From Thermotogota bacterium (GTDB lineage: Bacteria; Thermotogota; Thermotogae; MWEM01), in NCBI GenBank assembly GCA_035447925.1, contig DAOTHY010000001.1, forward strand, positions 108,300 to 172,299: a stretch of 64,000 nucleotides of DNA, written 5' to 3'. The translations under genes were made by a program, and so were the position numbers. Positions 7,422-17,379 of the stretch are shown in pieces. The notes beneath the pieces were generated by a model. It ran no database searches. It saw only the letters and a list, made by a program, of their open reading frames with translations, and had not been told where the DNA came from. How positions within the stretch are numbered: position 1 is the first letter of the stretch; every line of letters begins with the position of its first letter.

Positions 7422-9929
7422 TCAAATTGATCCCAAAAGGGTGTTTTGAATTCCGATCTTTGGAATAATTTGATCGCCGATAACCAAATCGATGCTAAGC
7501 CTAAAATCCAGCCAGTATTGGATTCCGACATCATACCAAATTCCAATAATACCGGCAAATGGCATTTGTTTCGAAAGATCGATGTTTAGTCCGAAATGTG
7601 CAATTGGTGATGATATCTTGAATTTTCCCTCAGATGTTCCTACACTTGAAATAAAGTTCATAGGATACCAGGCTTCAGCTTGTAATGATGTTTTCGAATA
7701 GGCTGTTCTTTGACTGATCATACCGATCATTGAAGCTGGTAAAGGTAGTCCAATCCCGGTTTGAGAGAAAAATCCCGACGTGCCAAGCTGTATGACTTGC
7801 AAGAATTGTGGTACAGAAATGGGGTTGTCTGGGTAAACGATTGGTTGATAAGCCTGATGCAGGTAGACATCTGTAATCATTTTCCAGGATAAATCATCTG
7901 AAGTGTGATTGATTCCCATATTAATTGCTGTTTCGACATAGGCATTTCTTTGATCATTTCGTAACATGAATGGAAAATGAAAAGCTGCTTTGAGTTCTTC
8001 GTATGATTGATTTCCATTCCAAGTTAATTGAAAATCCGGAAACCCTCGGTGTATGATTGAATAATCCCAAGTGTATATCTCCCCTAACGAACCTAAATAA
8101 CCATACCAAATCCATTCTTTTAAGTCATCCCAACCGGCAAAACCTGTAACGCCTATTAAGTGATTATTCAAGAGAAATAATGCGGGAATGCCAAAACGTG
8201 GTATTGGGAAAGGTGTGTACTCTGTTTTCCATTCTTTGAGTACATTATCAACTGCAAGGTTTTCCTTTAAAACCAATTCAGAATAACTGATTTTATTTGT
8301 CTGGATAGTTTTTTCGACGTTAGCTGTGTGAATTAGTCGATTAAAATCAAAGCCTTTACCTGAATAAGATCGGAAATAAAATTGCCCTTCAAAAAATACT
8401 GGTTTAAAGGCACCAAAATGAGAATCTGTCAGCTTTTTTTGGGTTGATTGAGTTTCATTAAAGTGATAAATGTCATACTGGCCATCTTGATCACAGGCGT
8501 AGAGGATTCCCTCAGAACAAAGAAAAACATCTATTTCATTAGCCTGTGTCTGGAATAATACGTCCAATTGATTGCTTTGGACATCTAATTCGTAAATATC
8601 AGCATTTTTGTTATAAGTAATAGACATAATCAATCGTTGATCATAACAGCTGATATTGTTGATATAAAAATCAGGGCTGGGGGAAAGGAAATAAGAAATT
8701 TCATGAGTAAAAATATTATACGAAGCCAAACCCGTTCCCCCTTTTTCTAAAAAGGTGAAAAACAAAGTTTCATCATCCATCCACTCGCAGGAAAGTGGTC
8801 TGTGAATATCATCAACTTTGTTGAATGGGCCGGGGAAATGACCGATATAGAGTCCAAAATCATAATCTTCTAATCCATTTGCATTGGCGTATATCAAAGC
8901 ACATTGATCTGAAGGAGAAACTGAAAAAGCAGTAGGTATGGGAAGATGAATAGAGTTTTTCTCCAGTTTGTTTAAACGAATTAATGTAGTCTGTTGTCCA
9001 CCCATTTGAGAGAAATAGTAAAGAGAATTATCAGAAACTGAACTGATACCGGAGTAATAACCGGAATTTGTCATATTTTCAGCTGTAACGGTTTCAGAAG
9101 ACTTTTGCAAAGCAGTTTTTTCTTGAAGCCAAATATGCCAATCCGAGAGAAATAGGGAGAAAGACTTATCACTTATCTGTTCGATCATATTTATTAGATT
9201 GAAGCGATAAGTACTGCCGTATTCATTGATAAACTTCAAAAGCACTTGTGTACCGTACGTTTCTTCTATATATTGTATCAAATAAGCACCGTAGAGATAA
9301 TTGAATCCAGTGGGAGAAAACTCATAAGAGGTCATTCCTCCTGCAAGGCTAAGACCTCTAAAACCGTTATCCAATATTTCAGCTTTAAGATAGGAAAGAT
9401 AACGAGAATCGTTAAGTCTTCCTTCAGGGAATAGCAGAGATTCTGAAAAAATAGACACCCCTTCGTGTAAATAGGATGGAGTAAAAGCGGTATCAAACAG
9501 AATGGATACCGGATGTCCGAAAAGGCTTAATATGTCCTTTGTCCAATCGGATTTGTTGGCAACGAGAATATGAGTTAATTCATGGGAAAAAACAAAAGGT
9601 ACCCACCAAGGATAAGTATTGTTATAATAATCCGATGAATTTCTGTTGATATAGATGATAATGACATTTGAAAAGATATCTGCATAGGCGTTAGAAAAAT
9701 CAACCGTGTCTAAAAGATACACTTTTAATCTTTTTTTTAATGTAATGCCGTAAAATTCGGAAAGCTCTTGATATATTTCATTGCCTTCCTGTACAAGTTG
9801 AACGGCAACTTCCTGATACTGTTGCTGGTAAAGAACATCAAAGTATTTAGTTGGAAAAACAGAAAAAGACTGTGAAAAAGTAAGTTGAACAGCGATCAGA
9901 AACAGTAATAATGATAACCATCTTTTCAT
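7422..9929 (-). CDS. Exported multi-domain protein: signal peptide, HExxH (HELTH) metallopeptidase-like region, beta-propeller-like repeats, C-terminal amphipathic beta-barrel-like segment
   Basis: 835 aa. N-terminal signal peptide (MKRWLSLLLFLIAVQLTFSQ) and HELTHILV zincin-like motif. The middle region is rich in beta-strand repeats. The C-terminal ~200 aa shows an alternating hydrophobic pattern. Confidence 0.5.
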   Translation of the reverse strand: MKRWLSLLLFLIAVQLTFSQSFSVFPTKYFDVLYQQQYQEVAVQLVQEGNEIYQELSEFYGITLKKRLKVYLLDTVDFSNAYADIFSNVIIIYINRNSSDYYNNTYPWWVPFVFSHELTHILVANKSDWTKDILSLFGHPVSILFDTAFTPSYLHEGVSIFSESLLFPEGRLNDSRYLSYLKAEILDNGFRGLSLAGGMTSYEFSPTGFNYLYGAYLIQYIEETYGTQVLLKFINEYGSTYRFNLINMIEQISDKSFSLFLSDWHIWLQEKTALQKSSETVTAENMTNSGYYSGISSVSDNSLYYFSQMGGQQTTLIRLNKLEKNSIHLPIPTAFSVSPSDQCALIYANANGLEDYDFGLYIGHFPGPFNKVDDIHRPLSCEWMDDETLFFTFLEKGGTGLASYNIFTHEISYFLSPSPDFYINNISCYDQRLIMSITYNKNADIYELDVQSNQLDVLFQTQANEIDVFLCSEGILYACDQDGQYDIYHFNETQSTQKKLTDSHFGAFKPVFFEGQFYFRSYSGKGFDFNRLIHTANVEKTIQTNKISYSELVLKENLAVDNVLKEWKTEYTPFPIPRFGIPALFLLNNHLIGVTGFAGWDDLKEWIWYGYLGSLGEIYTWDYSIIHRGFPDFQLTWNGNQSYEELKAAFHFPFMLRNDQRNAYVETAINMGINHTSDDLSWKMITDVYLHQAYQPIVYPDNPISVPQFLQVIQLGTSGFFSQTGIGLPLPASMIGMISQRTAYSKTSLQAEAWYPMNFISSVGTSEGKFKISSPIAHFGLNIDLSKQMPFAGIIGIWYDVGIQYWLDFRLSIDLVIGDQIIPKIGIQNTLLGSI

Positions 9930-10005
9930 AAATTAGCCCCCTCAGTGATACTTTGCATTTTGACAAATATGATATATAATAAAAAAAACAAAGGGGAGGT
10001 AAAAA

Positions 10006-11157
10006 GTGGATATATACGAAAAGGCTCTTGAACGCCACAAAGAGTGGAAAGGTAAGATCTCAACTCATGTGAAATCCATCGTTCAAAACAAGGAAGATCT
10101 TAGTTTGGCTTACACCCCCGGGGTTGCAGCTCCGTGCAAAGAAATTGTAAATAATCCTGAAGCCCTTTATGATTATACAATAAAAGGCAATACAATTGCC
10201 ATAGTAAGTGATGGGTCAGCAGTGCTGGGATTGGGAAACATTGGCCCTAATGCGGCATTGCCGGTAATGGAAGGAAAAGCAGTTTTGTTCAAAGAATTTG
10301 CCGACTTAAATGCGTTTCCCATATGCTTAAATACTCAAGATTCAGAAGAGATCATTCGAACGGTTATCAACATTGCTCCCGTTTTTGGCGGGATTAACTT
10401 GGAAGATATTTCAGCCCCAAGATGTTTTTACATTGAAAAAAGACTAAAAGAAGCTCTGAACATTCCTGTGTTTCACGATGATCAACACGGAACTGCCATC
10501 GTGGTTCTTGCCGGGATCATTAACGCACTTAAATTGGTGAATAAGCACATCAATGACTGTAAAGTGGTTATCAATGGAGCGGGTGCTGCCGGAATTGCCA
10601 TTGCAAAACTGCTGATTGGTTATGGATTTGAAAGACTTGTATTATGTGATAAAAAAGGTGCTATTTATGATGGGGCACAATGGTTAAACGAAGAACAAGC
10701 TTCAATGGCTCTTCAAACAAACCCGCAAAAAGAAACGGGTGATTTGAGAAATGTAATCGTCCAATCAGACATTTTCATTGGAGTGTCTGCTCCAAATATT
10801 GTAGACGAGAAGATGATTAAGAGTATGAACTCCGATGCTGTTGTTTTTGCAATGGCCAATCCTGTTCCAGAAATTTTACCTGAAAAAGCAAAGGCTGCCG
10901 GTGCGAGAATTGTAGGCACCGGTAGATCAGACTATCCCAATCAGGTCAACAATGTACTAGCTTTCCCGGGAGTGATGAAGGCTGCAGTTAAGTGGAGAAA
11001 ACAGATAACCGATGAAGTTAAAATGGAAGCAGCCGAGGCATTAGCGGCTTTTATAAAACCATGCGAGTTATCGGATGATAAAATATTGCCTTATCCATTT
11101 GAGAAAGGGATTGCCGATCACATTGCAGAAGCAGTTGAGAGAATATTTCATGATTGA
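10006..11157 (+). CDS. maeA: NAD(P)-dependent malic enzyme (short form)
   Basis: 383 aa. It has the malic enzyme N-terminal LAYTPGVA and the NAD-binding [13 protein letters not shown], and matches the small prokaryotic malic enzyme family. Confidence 0.85.
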   Translation: MDIYEKALERHKEWKGKISTHVKSIVQNKEDLSLAYTPGVAAPCKEIVNNPEALYDYTIKGNTIAIVSDGSAVLGLGNIGPNAALPVMEGKAVLFKEFADLNAFPICLNTQDSEEIIRTVINIAPVFGGINLEDISAPRCFYIEKRLKEALNIPVFHDDQHGTAIVVLAGIINALKLVNKHINDCKVVINGAGAAGIAIAKLLIGYGFERLVLCDKKGAIYDGAQWLNEEQASMALQTNPQKETGDLRNVIVQSDIFIGVSAPNIVDEKMIKSMNSDAVVFAMANPVPEILPEKAKAAGARIVGTGRSDYPNQVNNVLAFPGVMKAAVKWRKQITDEVKMEAAEALAAFIKPCELSDDKILPYPFEKGIADHIAEAVERIFHD

Positions 11158-11175
11158 GTACAACTATCGGAGGGG

Positions 11176-12102
11176 ATGATGAGCAAAGTATTATTATTGG
11201 GAGAAGCTCTTATTGATTTTCTTTCAGAGGACTATTCAGAAACCTTATCAGAAGTAGAGGGTTTTGTCAGGCATGCGGGTGGTTCACCGGCAAATATCAC
11301 GGCAAATCTTCTAAATCTTGGAGAAGAAGCCATATTGATCACCAGAATAGGCAATGATCCATTTGGTGATTATTTGAAAAGCTCATTTAAAGAGAAAGGC
11401 ATAGATACATCTTATGTCCAAGTGGATATGCAAAGAAATACTTCTTTGGTGTTTGTTGCAAAATCAAAAGGCAACCCGAAGTTTTTACCATTGAGATCTG
11501 CAGATTATTATATTGAGAAACCAAAAACAATCAAAAATTTGCTTAATAATGTTCAATATTTTCATATCAGTACTTGGAGTATTTCACATCATCCTGCTCG
11601 ACAAACGGTGTTCAGCATTTTGGAAGATATTGAGAATTTTAACATTCGATTATGTTTTGACCCTAATTATCGGAAGATATTATGGCAAGAAAATGATGAT
11701 CCACTTGTGACTATATCAGAGGTTTTAAGAAAAACCTATCTTTGTAAACCATCAGATGATGATGCCTTTCATCTTTTTGGTAGAATGGAACATGAGGCGT
11801 ATATCCGTGAGTTTCATAGTTTGGGTGCAAAGAATGTTATTCTAACTTTGGGAAAAGAAGGGGCGTTAGTATCCAACGGTGAAAAAATCGTACATCAACC
11901 TTCTGTTAGTACAACGGTTGTGGATACAACCGGTGCTGGTGATGGCTTTTGGTCAGGTGTTTACAGCGGTTTACTTAATCATCAGGATATTTTTACTGCC
12001 GCTCAGTGGGGAAGTGCTGTTGCAGCTTTCCGTTTGAAAACCATTGGTTCAGATCTGCCTCTGCCAACGATGCAAACGATCCGAGCTGAGTTCTTGATTT
12101 AA
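11176..12102 (+). CDS. PfkB-family carbohydrate kinase, probable fructokinase
   Basis: N-terminal GEALIDF and GGSPANI motifs with the C-terminal anion-hole DTTGAGDGF. It is adjacent to the sucrose-phosphate synthase gene. Confidence 0.8.
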   Translation: MMSKVLLLGEALIDFLSEDYSETLSEVEGFVRHAGGSPANITANLLNLGEEAILITRIGNDPFGDYLKSSFKEKGIDTSYVQVDMQRNTSLVFVAKSKGNPKFLPLRSADYYIEKPKTIKNLLNNVQYFHISTWSISHHPARQTVFSILEDIENFNIRLCFDPNYRKILWQENDDPLVTISEVLRKTYLCKPSDDDAFHLFGRMEHEAYIREFHSLGAKNVILTLGKEGALVSNGEKIVHQPSVSTTVVDTTGAGDGFWSGVYSGLLNHQDIFTAAQWGSAVAAFRLKTIGSDLPLPTMQTIRAEFLI

Positions 12103-12173
12103 GAGTAATTAGAACAATATTTAATCCAACTAATCTACAAGATTATCTTTTGCGTCTTAAAAGGAGTGAACGA

Positions 12174-13580
12174 ATGAGAATAGCTTTTTTAAATCCACAA
12201 GGAAATTTTGATTCAAAAGACAGTTACTGGACACAGCATCCGGATTTTGGCGGGCAGTTGGTCTATGTCAAAGAGCTGGCTGCGGCTATGTCTGAAATGG
12301 GAATTAAAACAGACATTATCACAAGAAGAATCATCGATTCTAAATGGCCAGAATTTGATTCAGAATTTGATGCCTATACAAATAATGACAATTTGCGTAT
12401 TATTCGAGTCCCATGTGGACCTAATGAGTTTTTAAGAAAAGAAGACCTCTGGCCGTATTTGGACGAGTGGTCTGATCGAATTCTAGAGTTTTACAACAGA
12501 CAAAAAGAACAACCTGATTTTCTGACGGGCCATTATGGAGATGGAGGAATTGCCAGTGCCATGATTTCAAAGAAAGCCTCAGTCCCCTATTCTTTTACAG
12601 CCCATTCATTGGGTGCTTTGAAGATGGACAAATTGGGAATCAATCGTGAAAACATCAACGATTTTGAACGCATTTTTCATTTCAGCAAGCGATTAGCTGC
12701 TGAAAGATTATCCATGAAATATTCATGTATCAATTTTGTGAGTACTGAAATGGAGCGTTTTGAACAGTATGGACATCCGAAATATGAAAAGTGGATCAAT
12801 GTAAAGGATGATTCGCATTTTAAGGTTGTTCCTCCTGGGGTAAACAGAAAGATATTTAATGAAGAGCCAACCGACAAAGATGCGGCAGTTGTAGCATTAT
12901 TAAAAAAATACTCAAAGCCGTTGATTATTCTATCCAGTAGAATTGATGCAAAAAAGAATCATTTAGGTGTGATCAAAGCTTTTGCTACTGACCAGGAATT
13001 AAGAGAAAAGGCCCATTTGATGATTGTGGTCAGGGGTGTGGAAAATGTATATGAAAGCATTGAAGGGTTAAAAGAAAGCGAAAAAAAGATAGTAAAAGAA
13101 TGGTTGCTGTACATTAAGGAACACCATTTAAAAGATGATATTTCATTCTTTAATGCCAATAATCAACAGGATTTAGCCGCTTTATACAGAACAGCTCAAT
13201 TTCATCATTCTATATTCTGTAATCCAGCACTTTATGAACCCTTCGGATTAACGGTGATCGAAGCGATGTCTTGCGGTTTACCGGTAGCGGCAACCAAAAA
13301 CGGCGGGCCAAGTGAAATATTAAGTGAAAATGGCTTTAAATTCGGGTTTTTGTTTGATCCGGAAGACGTACAATCCATTATTAGTACACTAAAGGCAGCT
13401 ATTTTGCAGAAGAAAGAATACAGCCATTTTTCTCAGTTGTCCATATCCCGAGTACTTGAAAAATACACCTGGAAGAAAACTGCGCAAGACTATCTGAAAG
13501 AAATCAAACCTATACTAGCAGGATATCAAACAAAAGAGATTGACTTATCTGTTTTTTATAAAACATTGGAAAGACTTTAA
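12174..13580 (+). CDS. sps: Sucrose-phosphate synthase, glycosyltransferase (GT-B) domain only
   Basis: The SPS-type N-terminus is present (RIAFLNPQGNF, HPDFGGQLVYVKELA), together with the GT4/GT-B C-terminal motif EPFGLTVIEAMSCGLPVAATKNGGPSEI. The ATG at 12174 is preceded by AAAGGAGTG. There is no fused phosphatase domain. Confidence 0.8.
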   Translation: MRIAFLNPQGNFDSKDSYWTQHPDFGGQLVYVKELAAAMSEMGIKTDIITRRIIDSKWPEFDSEFDAYTNNDNLRIIRVPCGPNEFLRKEDLWPYLDEWSDRILEFYNRQKEQPDFLTGHYGDGGIASAMISKKASVPYSFTAHSLGALKMDKLGINRENINDFERIFHFSKRLAAERLSMKYSCINFVSTEMERFEQYGHPKYEKWINVKDDSHFKVVPPGVNRKIFNEEPTDKDAAVVALLKKYSKPLIILSSRIDAKKNHLGVIKAFATDQELREKAHLMIVVRGVENVYESIEGLKESEKKIVKEWLLYIKEHHLKDDISFFNANNQQDLAALYRTAQFHHSIFCNPALYEPFGLTVIEAMSCGLPVAATKNGGPSEILSENGFKFGFLFDPEDVQSIISTLKAAILQKKEYSHFSQLSISRVLEKYTWKKTAQDYLKEIKPILAGYQTKEIDLSVFYKTLERL

Positions 13581-13585
13581 TGTAA

Positions 13586-13939
13586 TGGTGGAGGCGGGGG
13601 GAATCGAACCCCCGTCCGAAAACAGCGCATAAAAGGCATCTACGTGCGTAGCTCTTGTTTGAATTTCAGATTAATATGGTACAAAAGCAAACCACATCAA
13701 TCCTATCTGCAAAGTTTTCCTCTATTTTAACGCAGAGATAAAAAAGAGTGAGCCCGAATTATCGTCGTTCTTTCATCCCGTCTCGAGCTAAACAGTCTGA
13801 AGAACGGCAGCCTTTTTAGGCTGCTAATGCAAATTCTGTTTCGTCAATTAATTTGATTGTTCACCCGTTTAACGAGTCTGATGAAAACTCGGCACGCTTC
13901 CTTATATTTGTCAGCTTCCGTCGAACCCTGATCGCCCCC
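13586..13939 (-). ncRNA. ssrA: tmRNA (ssrA), about 354 nt
   Basis: On the minus strand the 5' end is GGGGGCGAUCAGGGUUCGACGGAAGCUGAC and the 3' end is GGACGGGGGUUCGAUUCCCCCCGCCUCCACCA. This gives a tRNA-Ala-like acceptor stem with a G3:U wobble, a T-arm and a terminal CCA. The internal tag ORF ends ...DETEFALAA-TAA, carrying the canonical ALAA degradation tag. Confidence 0.9.
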
Positions 13940-14031
13940 GTAAGGGTAACCTTTTTTTTCTTCAACGATGATTGTACCATAAAACACTTTATTTTACAAC
14001 TATCACTTTTTCAGAATCATTCAACCTATTA

Positions 14032-14640
14032 TTATTTGATGACCTGATGATCAAGCCAATACAATAACTCATGACAAGCGAATTGTAATTCTTCCAAAGT
14101 TCCCATATTATAGATGACGTAATCGACTTTACTTGCATCAACACGTTGATTATCCAGAATCAGTTTGGTTTCTTCGAGAGTTTTTCTGTCCCGTTGTATG
14201 ATACGTTTGATAATCTCTTTTTCCGCAGCTTGTATTAAAACTGTGTAATCCAAAAAAAGTTCCATTTTCATTTCAAAAAGAACGGCGGCTTCAATGAAAA
14301 CTAAACTGTCTCCTTTTTCATGATGCTTGATAATCCATTTTTTAGCCTCTTCATTCATAATGGGGTGTAATATGGAGTTGAGTAAGGCAAGTTTTTTTTG
14401 ATCGACAAACACAATCTTTGACAATTTTTTTCGATCGATTTTTTGTGACTCATCCAAGATATGTTGTTTAAAACAAGATGTGAGTTTATTGACAACATCC
14501 TTTTCTCCCAGACAGTCATGGCCAACCCGATCCATAAAAAGGACCGGATAACCGGTCCTCATTAGATAACGTGCCACCTCACTTTTTCCTGATCCCATCA
14601 ATCCGGTAATACCGACGCTGATTTTTTTTTGCATCAGCAT
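14032..14640 (-). CDS. coaE: Dephospho-CoA kinase
   Basis: P-loop GITGLMGSGKS at the N-terminus and a length of about 200 aa. The start may instead be MQKK at 14634. Confidence 0.85.
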   Translation of the reverse strand: MLMQKKISVGITGLMGSGKSEVARYLMRTGYPVLFMDRVGHDCLGEKDVVNKLTSCFKQHILDESQKIDRKKLSKIVFVDQKKLALLNSILHPIMNEEAKKWIIKHHEKGDSLVFIEAAVLFEMKMELFLDYTVLIQAAEKEIIKRIIQRDRKTLEETKLILDNQRVDASKVDYVIYNMGTLEELQFACHELLYWLDHQVIK

Positions 14641-15996
14641 TTATTCGTTACCGGCAATATCCATTTCTTTGATGAGAACTGACGGAACATACATTCCGTG
14701 AGACATGACCATAGCCATTTGCTTATCCGATCCAATTTCTTGAATATTTTGAAGCATTCTTAAAAGATTTCCCGAAAGGGTTATCTGTTCGATCGGATAG
14801 GCTTTTTTTCCATCTTCGATTTTAAATCCTTCGGCACTTAGTGAAAACTCACCTGAAACCGGATTTGCCCCTGAATGCATTCCTTGAACACCCGTAATAT
14901 ATAAACCATCCTTCATGTGTTCAAATAAATCGTCCAAGTTCGCTTTCCCCTCTTGAAAATCAATATTTATGGGAGAAATGGACTCTGTTCCTTTATAACT
15001 TCTTCTGAAAGCGTTGCCTGTTGGTGAAACGCCGTCTTTTAAAGCTGTTTTAAGACTATGGAGATAGGTATTGAGAACCCCGTTGGAAATTATAGCCTTA
15101 TCTGTTGTAACGATTCCCTGAGAATCTGCCGGGCAGTTAAAAATGCTGTCTGGATAGTATCTTTTATCCAGAATGGTAATCTTTTCGGAAACGATTTTTT
15201 CTCCCAGTTTGTTTTTCAGCAGTGAAAATCCTTTTTGAACATTCTCCGCTGATATCATTTGAACGAGTAGTCCCAAGATGTTTCCCAGGACATTGTAATT
15301 TAAAACAACTTGGTATTTGCCGCTTTTGATGCTTTTAGCATCCAACAGACCAACCGCCTTTTCAGCAACAGAATTGGCTAATTTTTCAATATCTAACTTT
15401 TGTGGGTCCGTAGTAAAGTCAAAATCCATGCCAAATTTATTCTGTTTGCCGTTAGATGCCATGGCGCCGGCATACATTCCACCACCACCATTTTTATAAG
15501 TATATTCAATTTCATTTGAATTTGCAAAAAAAACTTCATTGTACATGTCATTATAAAAGCAGTATGGGACCATGATAATTCGACTGTCTTTCTTTTGGAT
15601 CTGTGCTTCCAGTAATTTTGTATCAGCAATTTTTTTGTTTGTCGAAATTTCATCAAAGGCCATGCTATAATCTTTCCAGTTTTTGATAACCACTTCTGAT
15701 GTGCTGATCGCATCGATATCATCCGAATCGATCAGTTGAAGATTTTCAAGGGCATCTATGACAATTCGCATGGCTTCATCTTCATTATAGTCTTCTGTAT
15801 AACTGTAGCCCGCTTTTCCGTTCTTTACGGCTTTAAAACTGGAACCTCCATTTTCTGCATCTTTATAACTTTGAATTTCCCCTTTGTTGATTGAACATTC
15901 AAATTCATGAGAACTGGTATGAAATAATTCGAAATTGTCAATTTCCTTTTGTCTTGCGTTTTGAAATACAAGCCTTTTGAATTCTTTGATATTCAT
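14641..15996 (-). CDS. pmbA: Metalloprotease PmbA/TldE (TldD/PmbA family)
   Basis: 451 aa TldD/PmbA-family fold protein. It is encoded directly downstream of tldD with a 1-nt overlap and lacks the HExxxH motif. Confidence 0.75.
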   Translation of the reverse strand: MNIKEFKRLVFQNARQKEIDNFELFHTSSHEFECSINKGEIQSYKDAENGGSSFKAVKNGKAGYSYTEDYNEDEAMRIVIDALENLQLIDSDDIDAISTSEVVIKNWKDYSMAFDEISTNKKIADTKLLEAQIQKKDSRIIMVPYCFYNDMYNEVFFANSNEIEYTYKNGGGGMYAGAMASNGKQNKFGMDFDFTTDPQKLDIEKLANSVAEKAVGLLDAKSIKSGKYQVVLNYNVLGNILGLLVQMISAENVQKGFSLLKNKLGEKIVSEKITILDKRYYPDSIFNCPADSQGIVTTDKAIISNGVLNTYLHSLKTALKDGVSPTGNAFRRSYKGTESISPINIDFQEGKANLDDLFEHMKDGLYITGVQGMHSGANPVSGEFSLSAEGFKIEDGKKAYPIEQITLSGNLLRMLQNIQEIGSDKQMAMVMSHGMYVPSVLIKEMDIAGNE

Positions 15997-17378
15997 CAGC
16001 TTCTACCCCCTACTAAAAGTTCAGAAACTCTTATGGTTGGTTGGCCGACATCAGCCGGAATTGAACCCGAAAGGGACCCGCACATCCCCTGATCTCTGGC
16101 CAGATCGTTGCCGATCATATCGATTTTCTTAAGAATCTCAAATCCTTTTCCGATCAGTGTTGCGCCCTTTACCGGTTTTGTAATTCTTCCGTTTTCGACC
16201 AGATAACCCTCTCTGACTGAAAAATTGAATTCGCCGGTTGAAGGATTCACCGATCCTCCTCCCATCTTCTTCGCATACAGAGCTTTTGGGGTATTAGCTA
16301 TGATCTCTTCAGGAAGAAATTCTCCGGGTAAAATGAACGTATTTGACATTCTGGAAGTGGGCGAATATGTATAATTCTGCCGTCTTGAGCTACCGGTAGA
16401 AGGCATGTTCATACGTATGCCACCGAGTTTATCGATGAGAAAACTTTTCAGAATGCCATTTTCAATAAGAACCGTTTTTTGTGTCGGGGTACCTTCATCA
16501 TCAATATTGGCAGATCCCCAGCCATTGGGAATTGTTGCATCGTCTACTGCGCTAACACATTCATTAGCAATTTGCTGCCCGAGCTTGTCGGCAAAAACAG
16601 AAGCGCCTTTGGCTACTGATGTAGCTTCCAACGCATGACCACATGCTTCATGAAAAATGACACCGCCAAATTTATTTGCAATGATTACAGGCATCATTCC
16701 GGCGGGTGCAAACTCTGCATTAATCATTTTGACAGCAATTCTTGCCGCTTCTTTGCCCATTTCTTTAACATCAAAAGTATTGTAAAATTCAAACCCCATG
16801 CCTGCTCCGGGTCCGACAAAACCGGTTTCTTTTTCATTGCCTTTTGTTGAAACGGCAAATATCATCAAACGGGTTCTGATCCTTTCATCTTCCGCCAACA
16901 ATCCTTCAGAGTTTGCGATGAGGATGTTTTGCCGGTAGTCAAAATAGTTCACTTTCACTTCACTGATTTGATCTGAATAAGATGAGGCACCTTCGTTTGC
17001 CAATTTCATCATTTGGTATTTTTCGTCTTTTTTTATTTGATCTGGGAATAGTAATATGGGGTTTAGATTATTTCTCTTGTTTTCAATCAGATTGAGTTCC
17101 ACAACTTGATTATTTTCTACTTCAATAGCTTGGGCGATTCTTTTCGAAGCGTTAACGACAGATTCTTCGGATAAATCATTTGTGTAAGCGTATATGGCTT
17201 TCTTCCCTGCAATGCCTCTCAATCCGACACCATGTATGACTCCTGAATTGACTGTTTCCAGTTTTCCATTATTCATCTCCATGTTATGGCCGGTTCGTTT
17301 TTCTAAAAACAGCTCGGCAAAATCAGCCCCACCAGCTTGAATGATGTTAAGGGCTTTCTCGATCAGTTTTCTTTTCAT
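15996..17378 (-). CDS. tldD: Metalloprotease TldD
   Basis: 460 aa carrying the TldD HEACGHALE (HExxxH) motif and glycine-rich C-terminal segments. Confidence 0.8.
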   Translation of the reverse strand: MKRKLIEKALNIIQAGGADFAELFLEKRTGHNMEMNNGKLETVNSGVIHGVGLRGIAGKKAIYAYTNDLSEESVVNASKRIAQAIEVENNQVVELNLIENKRNNLNPILLFPDQIKKDEKYQMMKLANEGASSYSDQISEVKVNYFDYRQNILIANSEGLLAEDERIRTRLMIFAVSTKGNEKETGFVGPGAGMGFEFYNTFDVKEMGKEAARIAVKMINAEFAPAGMMPVIIANKFGGVIFHEACGHALEATSVAKGASVFADKLGQQIANECVSAVDDATIPNGWGSANIDDEGTPTQKTVLIENGILKSFLIDKLGGIRMNMPSTGSSRRQNYTYSPTSRMSNTFILPGEFLPEEIIANTPKALYAKKMGGGSVNPSTGEFNFSVREGYLVENGRITKPVKGATLIGKGFEILKKIDMIGNDLARDQGMCGSLSGSIPADVGQPTIRVSELLVGGRS

Positions 17379-17379
17379 T

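Noticed and set aside
13853-14047. 64-aa ORF on plus strand
   Set aside because: It lies entirely inside the tmRNA gene and its flank and is an artefact of six-frame translation.
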